Made by a program: the position numbers and the translations under genes. The notes under the pieces were generated by a model that searched no databases, was not told the DNA's origin, and saw only the letters and a program-made list of their open reading frames with translations. Shown here piece by piece: positions 17,650 through 27,027 of a stretch of DNA of 64,000 bases. Each line of letters opens with the position of its first letter. Position 1 is the first letter of the stretch. Source of the DNA: Hydrogenophilales bacterium (GTDB taxonomy: Bacteria > Pseudomonadota > Gammaproteobacteria > Burkholderiales > Eutrophovitaceae). The stretch is from assembly GCA_902627495.1 (NCBI GenBank), contig CACOJS010000001.1, positions 76,113-140,112 of the forward strand. The letters run 5' to 3'.

Positions 17650-19068
17650 ATGACCGATCAAAATCAAATATGCTTTATGGATGTCAAGATGATGGCTGGG
17701 CTCATTAGCCGTCGAGACGTTTCAGTCGAAGAGGTCATTCAAGCACATATTCAACAAATACAGAAATTAAATCCTACAGTTAATGCAGTGGTAACTTTTA
17801 CCCCTGAGGAGGCATTGAAGCAAGCTCGACTGATGGATCAACAATTAAAAGCAGGAGTGCCACTAGGCCCTCTTTTTGGCATACCGGTATTATTTAAAGA
17901 CTTAACCCATACAAATGGAATTAGGACAACGTTTGGGTCGCCTATTTTCAAAGACTTTGTTCCTTCAGCTGATTCTATAGTTGTGGAAAGGCTTAAGGAA
18001 GCCGGGGCCATTTGCTTAGGAAAGACTAACACGCCAGAATTCGGGGCTGGATCGCAAACTTTTAATCAGGTTTTTGGGTCTACAAAGAATCCTTATGATT
18101 TAACTAAGACCTGTGGTGGCTCAAGTGGAGGGTCTGCAGTTGCACTTGCTTGTGGGTTTTCACCAATTGCAGATGGGTCAGATTTTGGGGGATCACTTCG
18201 AAATCCAGCCAGTTTTTGTAATGTTGTTGGGTTCAGACCATCTTCTGGTAGAGTCCCTGTATGGCCCAAGGAGTCTGGGTGGTTTCCTTTGACTGTAGCG
18301 GGTCCAATGGGCAGAACAGTAGGCGATGTTGCTTTGATGCTTTCAGTGATAAATGGGTACGATAGTCGGGATCCAATATCATTAGATACTAACTTGAAAG
18401 ATTTAGCGGGATTATTACAAACAAATTTTACAGGTACTAGAGTGGCTTGGAGCCCTACTTTAGGGGAGTTGCCAGTTCAAAAAGAAGTCCTAGATATTAT
18501 TAATTTACAGCAGATGACATTTGAGAGCATGGGCTGTGATATTGAGAAAGCTACCCCAGATCTGGAAGATTCAGATGAGATTTTTGAGGGCTTAAGAGCC
18601 TGGCATTACAATGTGTGTTTTGGCGATATGATGAAGACACAGAAATCACAAATGAAAGATACGGTTATTTGGAATATTGAACAGGGAAAAAAGCTTAGTG
18701 GCAGTGATTTGGGTCGCATAGAAAAAAAGAGAACGAGGCTCCACGCACGGATTATAAGTTTTTTTTCGAAATTTGATTACCTAGTTGCACCGGTTGTGCA
18801 AGTGCTCCCCTTTTCAATTGATATGCCTTATGTTACCAAGATCAATGACGTTGAATTAGATACCTACATTGAGTGGATGCGATCTTGCTATCGAATATCT
18901 GTTACCGGTTTGCCAGCGATTTCAGTACCGTGTGGCTTTTCTGAGAAGGGATTGCCTGTTGGGATACAAATTATTGGTGGATTTCGTAAAGATTTTGAAG
19001 TTTTAAAATTGGCACATGCATTTGAGAAGCAGACTGAACTTTGGCGTAGACGACCCTCACTTGCGTGA
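17650..19068 (+). CDS. Amidase-signature family amidase
   Basis: GGSSGGSA and DFGGSLRNPA motifs, plus the conserved FKDL lysine region. No signal peptide. Confidence 0.85.
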   Translation: MTDQNQICFMDVKMMAGLISRRDVSVEEVIQAHIQQIQKLNPTVNAVVTFTPEEALKQARLMDQQLKAGVPLGPLFGIPVLFKDLTHTNGIRTTFGSPIFKDFVPSADSIVVERLKEAGAICLGKTNTPEFGAGSQTFNQVFGSTKNPYDLTKTCGGSSGGSAVALACGFSPIADGSDFGGSLRNPASFCNVVGFRPSSGRVPVWPKESGWFPLTVAGPMGRTVGDVALMLSVINGYDSRDPISLDTNLKDLAGLLQTNFTGTRVAWSPTLGELPVQKEVLDIINLQQMTFESMGCDIEKATPDLEDSDEIFEGLRAWHYNVCFGDMMKTQKSQMKDTVIWNIEQGKKLSGSDLGRIEKKRTRLHARIISFFSKFDYLVAPVVQVLPFSIDMPYVTKINDVELDTYIEWMRSCYRISVTGLPAISVPCGFSEKGLPVGIQIIGGFRKDFEVLKLAHAFEKQTELWRRRPSLA

Positions 19069-19097
19069 TTTCTTTAGAATCTTGAGGTTTTATAAAT

Positions 19098-19871
19098 ATG
19101 AAGAAAATAATACGTAACTCAGTAATAGTAGGTTTTTATTCATTCCTAGCCATCACTGGGGGGATGGCTAACGATCGTGTTTATGTGAAAGATATTGCGG
19201 GTATTTGGATCAATGAGTCCTATGTTGAAGAACTTACAAAAAGTAGGATGCCCCATTTGGCTGCAAAAAAGATATCGCCTTTAATAATTGCTATTAGACG
19301 AGCAGGAAACTCTTATCCTTTTGTTGTTACTAATTTTGATGAAGCCGCTCTCCAGGTTGTTCTAGATGTCGAACCGGGTAATAAACCAGGATCATATCGA
19401 TTAGTACTGGGCCCTGATAATAAGCCAATAGGTAGTGATGAGGTCAAATTTTTGTGGTTTCGAGGTATACGTGACCGTGACGGAAAATTCAAAAAACTAG
19501 AAATGGCAGAAATTTTTTTAAATAATGGTAAATGGGATAGCTATATCAATGTTGGCGATAAGATTGGGCCTTTTATCAATAAGATTGTTATTTCTGGTCA
19601 GTATAAGGATAAAGACAACAAGCTATGGGAATTTTCACCCGAAGGGCAGGCCTATCTTCCGGATGAAACTTTTTACTATGAATTATCGCTGAGACATAAA
19701 GATGGTGAATGCGAATTTATAGAAAGAGAAGCCTTAGAGGCAAAAGATGGCCTAAAGAGAATTGGGTTTGCATGGAAAAATGGCACATTAAATTTATACG
19801 AGGCAAATTTACATAAGAATAAAGTTAAATGCCATCAGGACCCCTTCAAAATACTAGAGCCGATTAATTGA
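19098..19871 (+). CDS. Hypothetical secreted protein
   Basis: A 257-aa ORF with a predicted signal peptide (VGFYSFLAITGGMA|ND). I recognise no motif. It is tightly spaced with its neighbours (29 nt and 9 nt). Confidence 0.55.
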   Translation: MKKIIRNSVIVGFYSFLAITGGMANDRVYVKDIAGIWINESYVEELTKSRMPHLAAKKISPLIIAIRRAGNSYPFVVTNFDEAALQVVLDVEPGNKPGSYRLVLGPDNKPIGSDEVKFLWFRGIRDRDGKFKKLEMAEIFLNNGKWDSYINVGDKIGPFINKIVISGQYKDKDNKLWEFSPEGQAYLPDETFYYELSLRHKDGECEFIEREALEAKDGLKRIGFAWKNGTLNLYEANLHKNKVKCHQDPFKILEPIN

Positions 19872-19880
19872 AACCAAAAA

Positions 19881-21317
19881 ATGGAACCAAAATTAAAAAA
19901 CCATTCTGAAAGCATTCAGGAAAAGCTTGATCAGATACAGAGTCTGTTAGAAAAACACCGACTGGTAGAGGGCTTGATCAAAAGGCAATCCATGCCAAAG
20001 CAAAATTTAGTGGAGAGCTTAGTTGAAAAACAGAATATTCGAGAGTTGCAGGCTAGACTTAATGAATTGCACCCTGCGGACGTAGCGATTCTTCTTGAGC
20101 AACTTCCGCTAGACGAGAGACTTACAGTCTGGGAGCTAGTGAAATCAGAATATGATGGTGAGATATTACTTGAACTAACTGACTCGGTTCGGGGAACACT
20201 CATTGAAAACATGGATGCCGAGGATTTGGTTGCAGCAGCTGAGCAACTTGATACGGATGAAATTGCTGATTTAGCACCTGACCTACCTAAAGAGGTTATA
20301 GCGGACGTGATTAAATCTCTTCCGACCGAGGAAAAGGAGCACCTCCAGGCAGCTTTATCATATCCTCGTGATAGCGTGGGCTCATTGATGGATTTCGATA
20401 TGGTTACAATTCCGGAAGATATTACATTGGCAGTTGTTCTGACTAAATTAAGAGGGCTTGATCAGTTGCCAGAAAATACTGATCAGTTATTTGTCTTAGA
20501 TGATTCAGGGGGATTGAAGGGAGTATTACCAGTTGATAAGCTTATAGTCTCGGAGACTAGTCAAGTCGTTTCTCAAGTCATGGTGCAGGATGTTGTTTCT
20601 TTCCACGTTGGGGATAAAGCAAGTCTAGCAACAACTTCTTTTGAGAAATACGATTTGGTATCGGCACCCGTTCTAGATGATAATGACCGGGTGGCGGGCA
20701 GACTTATAGTATCTGATATTGTTGACTATATCAGGGAAGAAGAGGATGTTGAAAACCTTGGTAAAGTTGGCCTTAGGGATGAAGATTTATTTGCGACTGT
20801 ATGGAAAAGTGCTCGGAACAGATGGCTTTGGTTGGGAGTTAACTTGTCTACAGCCGTTATTGCTTCTAGGGCTATCAGTCTGTTTGAGGAGTCAATTGAA
20901 AAACTTGTTGCCTTAGCGGCATTGATGCCGATAGTAGCAGCAGTAGCCGGTAATACAGGTAATCAAACAATAACTCTGATAGTTCGAGCAATAGCTTTTG
21001 GAGAGATTACCCGTTCAAATGTTGGTAGACTCTTTACCAAAGAGCTTTCGGTTGGCCTGTTTAATGGTTTTTTATGGGGAAGTGTCGCCGGATTCTTCAC
21101 TTGGTGGCTATATGAGGATTTAGCTTTAGGGCTAGTAATGACTAGTGCCATGATTTTAAATCTTTTGGTAGCAGCGACAGTAGGAATTTTGGTTCCTCTT
21201 GGGCTAAATAAATTGGGTAGGGACCCGGCGATAGGCTCCGCTGTCTTGCTGGGTTTTACAACAGACAGTATGGGTTTTATAATTTTTCTGGGTTTGGCAA
21301 CACTGGTTCTAGTTTAG
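19881..21317 (+). CDS. mgtE: Magnesium transporter MgtE
   Basis: MgtE N-domain (LHPADVAILLEQL), a CBS pair, and a C-terminal 5-TM MgtE channel domain. Confidence 0.92.
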   Translation: MEPKLKNHSESIQEKLDQIQSLLEKHRLVEGLIKRQSMPKQNLVESLVEKQNIRELQARLNELHPADVAILLEQLPLDERLTVWELVKSEYDGEILLELTDSVRGTLIENMDAEDLVAAAEQLDTDEIADLAPDLPKEVIADVIKSLPTEEKEHLQAALSYPRDSVGSLMDFDMVTIPEDITLAVVLTKLRGLDQLPENTDQLFVLDDSGGLKGVLPVDKLIVSETSQVVSQVMVQDVVSFHVGDKASLATTSFEKYDLVSAPVLDDNDRVAGRLIVSDIVDYIREEEDVENLGKVGLRDEDLFATVWKSARNRWLWLGVNLSTAVIASRAISLFEESIEKLVALAALMPIVAAVAGNTGNQTITLIVRAIAFGEITRSNVGRLFTKELSVGLFNGFLWGSVAGFFTWWLYEDLALGLVMTSAMILNLLVAATVGILVPLGLNKLGRDPAIGSAVLLGFTTDSMGFIIFLGLATLVLV

Positions 21318-21327
21318 TTAAAATCAA

Positions 21328-22269
21328 ATGATGCGTATAAATCAAATCCTTCCATCGGAAATAACCCCCCAATACACTTGGGGGCGACGAAAGTTCATCC
21401 TACAAATGTCGGTCGGATTAGGATTAGCTTTGCCCAATTCCGCCCGGTCAGCAGGTGATAATAAAACGTCTCTGGAAAAATTGGAGTTTATAAAAAATAA
21501 AGCATACTCTACTACTGAATCAACCACCGAATTTAAAAGTGCCACCTCGTATAACAACTTTTATGAATTTGGAACAGATAAAAGTGATCCTATTAAGTAT
21601 TCAAGAAACCTGGTAACTAAACCTTGGTCGGTTAATGTTCATGGAGAGGTTTTGGCTCCAAAGAGGTTTGATCTAGATGAGTTAACTAGAATTGCCCCCA
21701 TAGAAGAGCGAATTTATCGACTGAGGTGTGTGGAGGGTTGGTCAATGGTGATACCGTGGATGGGTTTCCCGCTATCCAAGTTGCTTAAATTAGTAAAGCC
21801 CACAGCGAATGCGAAATATGTTGAATTCACCACACTTTATCGACCTAGTCAAATGCGGGGACAGAAAACCTCAGTGCTGGATTGGCCATATATAGAAGGG
21901 CTAAGAATAGACGAGGCGGTGCATCCTCTTACTATACTAGGGTTGGGAATGTATGGGTCTGTGTTGCCTAATCAAAATGGTGCTCCGATTAGGGTTATTG
22001 TTCCATGGAAATATGGATTTAAAAGCGCAAAGTCCATAGTCTCTATAAAACTAACCGAGACCCAACCGCAAACCACTTGGATGGTAGCTTCGCCGAAAGA
22101 GTATGGCTTCTATTCAAATGTTAATCCTGGTGTCCGACATCCCAGGTGGAGCCAGGCAAAGGAAAGACGTATCGGAGAGTTTAGGAAACGGGATACCTTA
22201 ATCTTTAATGGTTACGGCGAATATGTTGCTGACTTATACAGTGGTTTAGACTTAAAAAAGTATTTTTAG
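21328..22269 (+). CDS. msrP: Protein-methionine-sulfoxide reductase catalytic subunit MsrP (YedY)
   Basis: Twin-arginine signal ([14 protein letters not shown]). YNNFYEFG motif. Molybdopterin oxidoreductase fold. Followed by msrQ. Confidence 0.9.
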   Translation: MMRINQILPSEITPQYTWGRRKFILQMSVGLGLALPNSARSAGDNKTSLEKLEFIKNKAYSTTESTTEFKSATSYNNFYEFGTDKSDPIKYSRNLVTKPWSVNVHGEVLAPKRFDLDELTRIAPIEERIYRLRCVEGWSMVIPWMGFPLSKLLKLVKPTANAKYVEFTTLYRPSQMRGQKTSVLDWPYIEGLRIDEAVHPLTILGLGMYGSVLPNQNGAPIRVIVPWKYGFKSAKSIVSIKLTETQPQTTWMVASPKEYGFYSNVNPGVRHPRWSQAKERRIGEFRKRDTLIFNGYGEYVADLYSGLDLKKYF

Positions 22270-22302
22270 GAACATTATGGTTTTTCTAAAGCAGGTGGCT
22301 TT

Positions 22303-22905
22303 TTGAAGCACAATATATTGCTGTTTTGGGGCTGCTTCTTGCCTTTGATCTATTTAATTGGGCGGCTAATATTTGATGGTCTTTCCGCGAATCCTATTGA
22401 AGATATAACCCACGCTACAGGGTGGTGGGCGTTAGTGTTTTTATTGCTAACCTTATCTGTGACACCAATACGAGTATTATTTGGAAAAAATAGCGTTTTA
22501 CGTTATCGGAGAACTCTAGGCTTATTTTCCTTTTTTTATGCAAGTTTACATTTTTTAACCTGGTTGGTGTTGGATCAGTTTTTTGACTGGAAAGCCATGC
22601 TTGAAGACGTCATAGAAAGGCCATATATAACTGTAGGGTTTGTTGCATTAGTTTTAATGTCCCTCCTTGCGATTACCTCAATATATCGTTTGAGACGGTA
22701 TATGGGAAATGCCGTGTGGCTAAAGTTGCATAGATTAGTGTATCTAATTTTGATTCTAGTTTTGCTGCATTTCTTTTGGTTGGTAAAAAAAGATGTAACA
22801 GAACCTCTATTATTCATTCTCATCTCAGGAATTTTGTTGGGCTACCGGGTTGATAGGTGGGTAAGAACACAGTTAACTAGAACCCAATCTTTTAGTGAAA
22901 AGTAG
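22303..22905 (+). CDS. msrQ: Heme-binding membrane subunit MsrQ (YedZ)
   Basis: YedZ-like N-terminus (GLSANPIEDITHATG) and ferric-reductase-type TM helices with conserved His residues. It needs a TTG start because no in-frame ATG is nearby. Confidence 0.85.
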   Translation: MKHNILLFWGCFLPLIYLIGRLIFDGLSANPIEDITHATGWWALVFLLLTLSVTPIRVLFGKNSVLRYRRTLGLFSFFYASLHFLTWLVLDQFFDWKAMLEDVIERPYITVGFVALVLMSLLAITSIYRLRRYMGNAVWLKLHRLVYLILILVLLHFFWLVKKDVTEPLLFILISGILLGYRVDRWVRTQLTRTQSFSEK

Positions 22906-22911
22906 TTTTTG

Positions 22912-23814
22912 TTAAGGTCTTTTGTTTTCGAGGGCAGTTGCAGCTAGGAAAACACCAAAAATTACGAAGATAAATGAGACTGTAGCTAATATGGACATAT
23001 TCTCTTCAAAAATAAAATAGGCTAGAATCGCAGCCCCTACAGGTTCACAGACGATAATAAGCGAGACAAAAATAGCAGAGATGCGTCTCGCAACTGAGAT
23101 GATTAAAGTGTGACCCAGTATGTGTGGTCCTAACGATAATATCAATAAGAGTACTAGAATATCTATTGAAAGCAGCCTTAAGGAAGGCTCATTTCGTATG
23201 AATAAAAGCAGTAAAAAAAAAGCCCCAAAAAAGTTAGTCAAGAATATATAGTTGCGAAGAGGAATTTTGTTGCGTAGTCTTTGGCCAATAAGAAGATAAA
23301 CCGCCATTAAAGCGGCACCTGCGGTAGCTAGTAAATACCCCATTCCGTTTTTATCGGTCTCCTCAACCATCCATCCTGACAAGAACATAGTAAACGATCC
23401 TAAGGTGCTAAGGAAAATTCCTCCAAAAAAGCGTGGGTGAAGCCTTTCTTTAAAAAGTAGTAATGAAATGAGGCCAATCCATATTGGAGTGGTGGTAACT
23501 AATGCAGTACTCTCGGCAACACTAATATATGAAATGGAATGAATCCAACAAAGAAAGTGATTAGCAAGGATGATTCCAGAAATCGCTGAGATTCCAACTA
23601 TAGAGTAAGAGATGGGGGGGGATTCTTCCTTATTGAAGAATATTAAAATGGGAGCCATTAATAAAGTAGCAAAGGTAACTCTTCCAACAGTAATTGTTAA
23701 AGAATCAATACCCTTGAGGTGGAGGACTTTGATTAATATTGAAGCTATTGATAGCATTGCTACCAGTAAAACAAGAGACAAAATCAAGGAGACTCTATCC
23801 TTGAGATAAATCAT
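22912..23814 (-). CDS. EamA/DMT-family transporter
   Basis: A 300-aa protein of about 10 TM helices with the duplicated EamA-like hydrophobic architecture. Confidence 0.7.
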   Translation of the reverse strand: MIYLKDRVSLILSLVLLVAMLSIASILIKVLHLKGIDSLTITVGRVTFATLLMAPILIFFNKEESPPISYSIVGISAISGIILANHFLCWIHSISYISVAESTALVTTTPIWIGLISLLLFKERLHPRFFGGIFLSTLGSFTMFLSGWMVEETDKNGMGYLLATAGAALMAVYLLIGQRLRNKIPLRNYIFLTNFFGAFFLLLLFIRNEPSLRLLSIDILVLLLILSLGPHILGHTLIISVARRISAIFVSLIIVCEPVGAAILAYFIFEENMSILATVSFIFVIFGVFLAATALENKRP

Positions 23815-23820
23815 TAAACT

Positions 23821-24267
23821 TTAATGAGGTGTTTCCGGGGGTGTTGTGAGTCCTGGAATCGGCAAAACCTCAATACCCTCTTCATTTAATTCTTCAACAT
23901 CATTTCTTGAGGCATTACCCCTTATTGGACGTGCCGGCTTTTCATTATAATGAATTTTTCTTGCTTCTTCTGGGAATTTTTCTCCCACATCTTCGGTTGT
24001 ATTCAAAACATGGTCAATTATTTTTTTTCTAAGGTTATCGTATAATTCATCATTTTCTACCCGATTATTATTTGGTATGGTTGCTTGTTTTGAAGAGGAA
24101 GATTTTGTTCTCACATAAGGTGCAGACATGCATTTTTTTATTGTTGTTGATGAGCATTTCGGGCAAGATATTTGTTTTTGCTTGTTTTGTTTCTCAAAAT
24201 CTTCTTTAGAGGCGAACCAGCCTTCAAAATTATGTTCATTCGAGCATGTTAGATTAAATATAATCAT
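23821..24267 (-). CDS. DUF1178 zinc-ribbon protein
   Basis: N-terminus MIIFNLTCSNEHNFEGWF....F......ISCPKC, which is typical of DUF1178. Confidence 0.7.
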   Translation of the reverse strand: MIIFNLTCSNEHNFEGWFASKEDFEKQNKQKQISCPKCSSTTIKKCMSAPYVRTKSSSSKQATIPNNNRVENDELYDNLRKKIIDHVLNTTEDVGEKFPEEARKIHYNEKPARPIRGNASRNDVEELNEEGIEVLPIPGLTTPPETPH

Positions 24268-24336
24268 ATTCTTTACTACATAGATATCATTCGGTGATTA
24301 AGTGTATCTTAGAGAGATAAATTTTAGAAGTTTGAT

Positions 24337-25587
24337 TTAAGGGCAGGGAAAAGGTTCATGAGAATAAAGATCTTCGACATTTTCTCTTCTTCTAATTAAA
24401 TGGTGGTCTCCGCTATCAATTAAGACTTCTGCAGGTCGACCTCGCGAATTATAATTTGAAGCCATGCTCATTCCATAAGCACCGGCCTCCATGATGGCTA
24501 AGATTTCTCCCTCACGCGTAGCCAATGAGCGATTCTTTGCTAGAAAATCTCCAGTCTCGCATATTGGTCCAACAACCTCATAGTCAAGAAGGTCAGCCCC
24601 TATGTTTATCTTCACCTCTTTAATTTCATGGTAAGAGTTGTAGAGTGCTGGTCTTGCAAGATCATTCATGGCTGCATCAACTATTAAAAAGTTTTTAACA
24701 TCACCCTTTTTTATATATTCAACCTTTGTTAATAAAATTCCAGCAGGGCCCGCTATAGACCTTCCTGGTTCGATAAGAATTTTCATTTCCTTGTTGTCGA
24801 CAACGGATAAAACTGATTCTACCCAATTTTTTGGTGAAGGGGGTGTTTCACCTTGATATGATATCCCCAACCCTCCTCCAAAATCTAGATGGGTAATCTG
24901 AATTCCAATGTTCTTGAGGTCATTAGATAGTGATGTAATTCTTTTGGCCGCGTCAATAAAAGGTAATGGATCAATCATTTGGCTTCCGATATGGCAGTCG
25001 ATTCCAATAACGCTTATATAGCGAGAAGCACTGGCCTCTTTGTAGATAGCCATGACATCATTCCACGGTACGCCAAATTTGTTTTCTTTTAATCCAGTGG
25101 AAATATAAGGGTGAGTTTTAGCATCCACATCTGGGTTAACACGTACACTAACTTGAGCCTTTTTCCCTATTTCTTGACAGATAGAAATCAGTCTTTGAAG
25201 TTCACTATGTGACTCAACATTGAAACAATATATTCCGACATTAAGTGCAGCCTTAATTTCATCAACATTTTTTCCAATTCCTGAGAAAACTATTTTTTTG
25301 GGATCTCCCCCCGCTTTTAATACCCTTTTTAGCTCTCCTCCAGACACTATATCAAAGCCACTCCCCATTTTTGCAAGCAAGTTTAAAATTGAAAGATTTG
25401 AGTTGGCCTTAACGGCGTAACAAATCAGGTTGGGTTGAGTGCCAAAAGATTCCTTGTACTCTCTAAAGCACCCCTTTATAACTCGGGCTGAATATAAATA
25501 AGTTGGCGTTCCATATCGTGCTTCTATTTGACGAATGGGGATGCCATCAAAGTGCAGTTCATCACCTTTGTATTCTAGAAGCTTCAA
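24337..25587 (-). CDS. lysA: Diaminopimelate decarboxylase
   Basis: PLP-dependent Orn/DAP decarboxylase fold (YAVKAN, GGGLGI, CETGD motifs). The start is TTG, 1 nt after the stop of the small lipoprotein ORF. Confidence 0.92.
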   Translation of the reverse strand: MKLLEYKGDELHFDGIPIRQIEARYGTPTYLYSARVIKGCFREYKESFGTQPNLICYAVKANSNLSILNLLAKMGSGFDIVSGGELKRVLKAGGDPKKIVFSGIGKNVDEIKAALNVGIYCFNVESHSELQRLISICQEIGKKAQVSVRVNPDVDAKTHPYISTGLKENKFGVPWNDVMAIYKEASASRYISVIGIDCHIGSQMIDPLPFIDAAKRITSLSNDLKNIGIQITHLDFGGGLGISYQGETPPSPKNWVESVLSVVDNKEMKILIEPGRSIAGPAGILLTKVEYIKKGDVKNFLIVDAAMNDLARPALYNSYHEIKEVKINIGADLLDYEVVGPICETGDFLAKNRSLATREGEILAIMEAGAYGMSMASNYNSRGRPAEVLIDSGDHHLIRRRENVEDLYSHEPFPCP

Positions 25588-25588
25588 T

Positions 25589-25729
25589 TTATTGTACCTT
25601 TTCTTTCGATTGTAAATTTTCTAGATTTGGTGCCTCCAAATATAAGTCACCTTTAGCCCCACAGCCTACTGTGAATAGGCCTACAGTAATGGCTATAAAC
25701 AACCAGAGTGTCAGTTCATTTTTTTTCAT
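25589..25729 (-). CDS. lptM: Small lipoprotein, LptM (YifL/LppL)-like, 46 aa; not in the ORF track
   Basis: My translation of the minus strand is MKKNELTLWLFIAITVGLFTVGCGAKGDLYLEAPNLENLQSKEKVQ*. It has a signal peptide, a lipobox (TVGC), and the CG.KG.LYL signature. The position directly upstream of lysA is the conserved one. Confidence 0.75.
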   Translation of the reverse strand: MKKNELTLWLFIAITVGLFTVGCGAKGDLYLEAPNLENLQSKEKVQ

Positions 25730-25755
25730 ATTTTTTAACCTACGATATTATCGAA

Positions 25756-26514
25756 TTATTTGGTCTTAGCATTTCCTATCTTTTTCAGTTCTTTTGCAAT
25801 CCAAGATTCGGCAAGTTGATTTAACTGTTCGGGTGATAACCCATCTGTCTTAATTTCTGGTCCCACACTAACAGTGATTTGTCCCGGGTATTTGATCACT
25901 GCATTTTTACCCCAAAGTGAGCCAGCATTATGAGCAACTGGAGTTACACTAGTTCTAGTTTTGCATGCTAGGAAGGCCCCACCGATTTGAAACTTTTTTA
26001 ACTCCATTGGATTGGCTCTAGTTCCTTCAGGAAAAACCACAATACAAAAACCTTTTTTTAATCTATCTTTCCCCTGTTTTATTGTTTGTCTTAGCGATTT
26101 TATTTTATTTTGTCTATCAATCGCAATAGGGCTTGTCATTGCAAGCCCCCATCCAAAAAAGGGTATTAGCAATAGCTCTTTTTTTAGCACCCAAACTTGT
26201 GGAGGAAATATCGACTGATAAGCCAAGGTCTCCCATGCTGATTGGTGATTAGATAAAATTATGGTTGGTTTGTTAGGAATGTTGTCCTTCCCAATGATTT
26301 TATATTCTAGGCCACAGAAATTAATACTAATTTTTATTAATATCCATGACCATAATCTTATAATTTTGTAGCGAGTAATGGGGGAAAGTGGAAAACTAGC
26401 AAGTGCAATAAATGTAAAGGCAATAGTCAATCCTACTCGAAGTAACTCAAAGATAATGGATTTTACGGCATACACACTATTTACCATAGATGATTTTTCG
26501 GGCAGCATGGTCAA
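25756..26514 (-). CDS. plsC: 1-acyl-sn-glycerol-3-phosphate acyltransferase
   Basis: NHQSAWE acyltransferase box and FPEGTR motif. N-terminal TM segment. Confidence 0.85.
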   Translation of the reverse strand: MTMLPEKSSMVNSVYAVKSIIFELLRVGLTIAFTFIALASFPLSPITRYKIIRLWSWILIKISINFCGLEYKIIGKDNIPNKPTIILSNHQSAWETLAYQSIFPPQVWVLKKELLLIPFFGWGLAMTSPIAIDRQNKIKSLRQTIKQGKDRLKKGFCIVVFPEGTRANPMELKKFQIGGAFLACKTRTSVTPVAHNAGSLWGKNAVIKYPGQITVSVGPEIKTDGLSPEQLNQLAESWIAKELKKIGNAKTK

Positions 26515-27016
26515 GGTCGTCGCATATAAGTGTATTAGAAGGAATTTCAGGTTTGTCTCTTGTTGAAAGCCCGTTTCCAGTTAAGACTAATAAGGGTAAA
26601 CAGCCAGCTGAAGCTGCTGCTTGTAAGTCTCTTAGCGAATCTCCTACAAATGGTATTCCGTGAGGTGAAATATTGAATCTCTGGGCAATCTCTAATAACA
26701 TCCCTGGCTTTGGTTTTCTGCAGGTACAAGCTGGACTATCGAGGCAAGGACAATAGAAGATAGCGTGAATTTTTCCACCAACTTGTTTTACTGTCTCATG
26801 CATTTTTTGGTGGATGGCATTTAGCCTCGCCATATCAAATAAACCCCGCTCTATACCAGCCTGGTTAGTTGCTATTACAACCTGGTATCCCGCTCCGTTC
26901 AATTTGGCAATAGCCTCAAGACTCCCGGGTATTGGTACCCATTCATCTGGATGTTTGATATAGTTTACACTGTCTTCGTTTATTACTCCATCACGATCCA
27001 AGATTACTATTTTCAT
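26477..27016 (-). CDS. gmhB: D-glycero-beta-D-manno-heptose-1,7-bisphosphate 7-phosphatase
   Basis: HAD motif I (ILDRDGVIN). Zinc-binding C.C...C.CRKPKPGM. GDSLRD motif. Confidence 0.88.
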   Translation of the reverse strand: MKIVILDRDGVINEDSVNYIKHPDEWVPIPGSLEAIAKLNGAGYQVVIATNQAGIERGLFDMARLNAIHQKMHETVKQVGGKIHAIFYCPCLDSPACTCRKPKPGMLLEIAQRFNISPHGIPFVGDSLRDLQAAASAGCLPLLVLTGNGLSTRDKPEIPSNTLICDDLDHAARKIIYGK

Positions 27017-27027
27017 ATTCTACGACT

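Noticed and set aside
19010-19024. TGGCAC-ATGCA-TTTG near the 3' end of the amidase gene, considered as a sigma-54 promoter for the downstream secreted protein.
   Set aside because: The -12 position carries TG instead of GC at the required spacing, and the site lies inside a coding region.
23614-23621. A G8/C8 homopolymer inside the EamA transporter gene (codons S-P-P), considered as a possible phase-variation tract.
   Set aside because: An equally long C8/G8 run occurs in essential valS (49005-49012), and a C7 run occurs in gshB (13204-13210). Such tracts therefore seem to be tolerated compositional features. Eight nucleotides is borderline for slippage, and there is no evidence of a frame-shifted variant.
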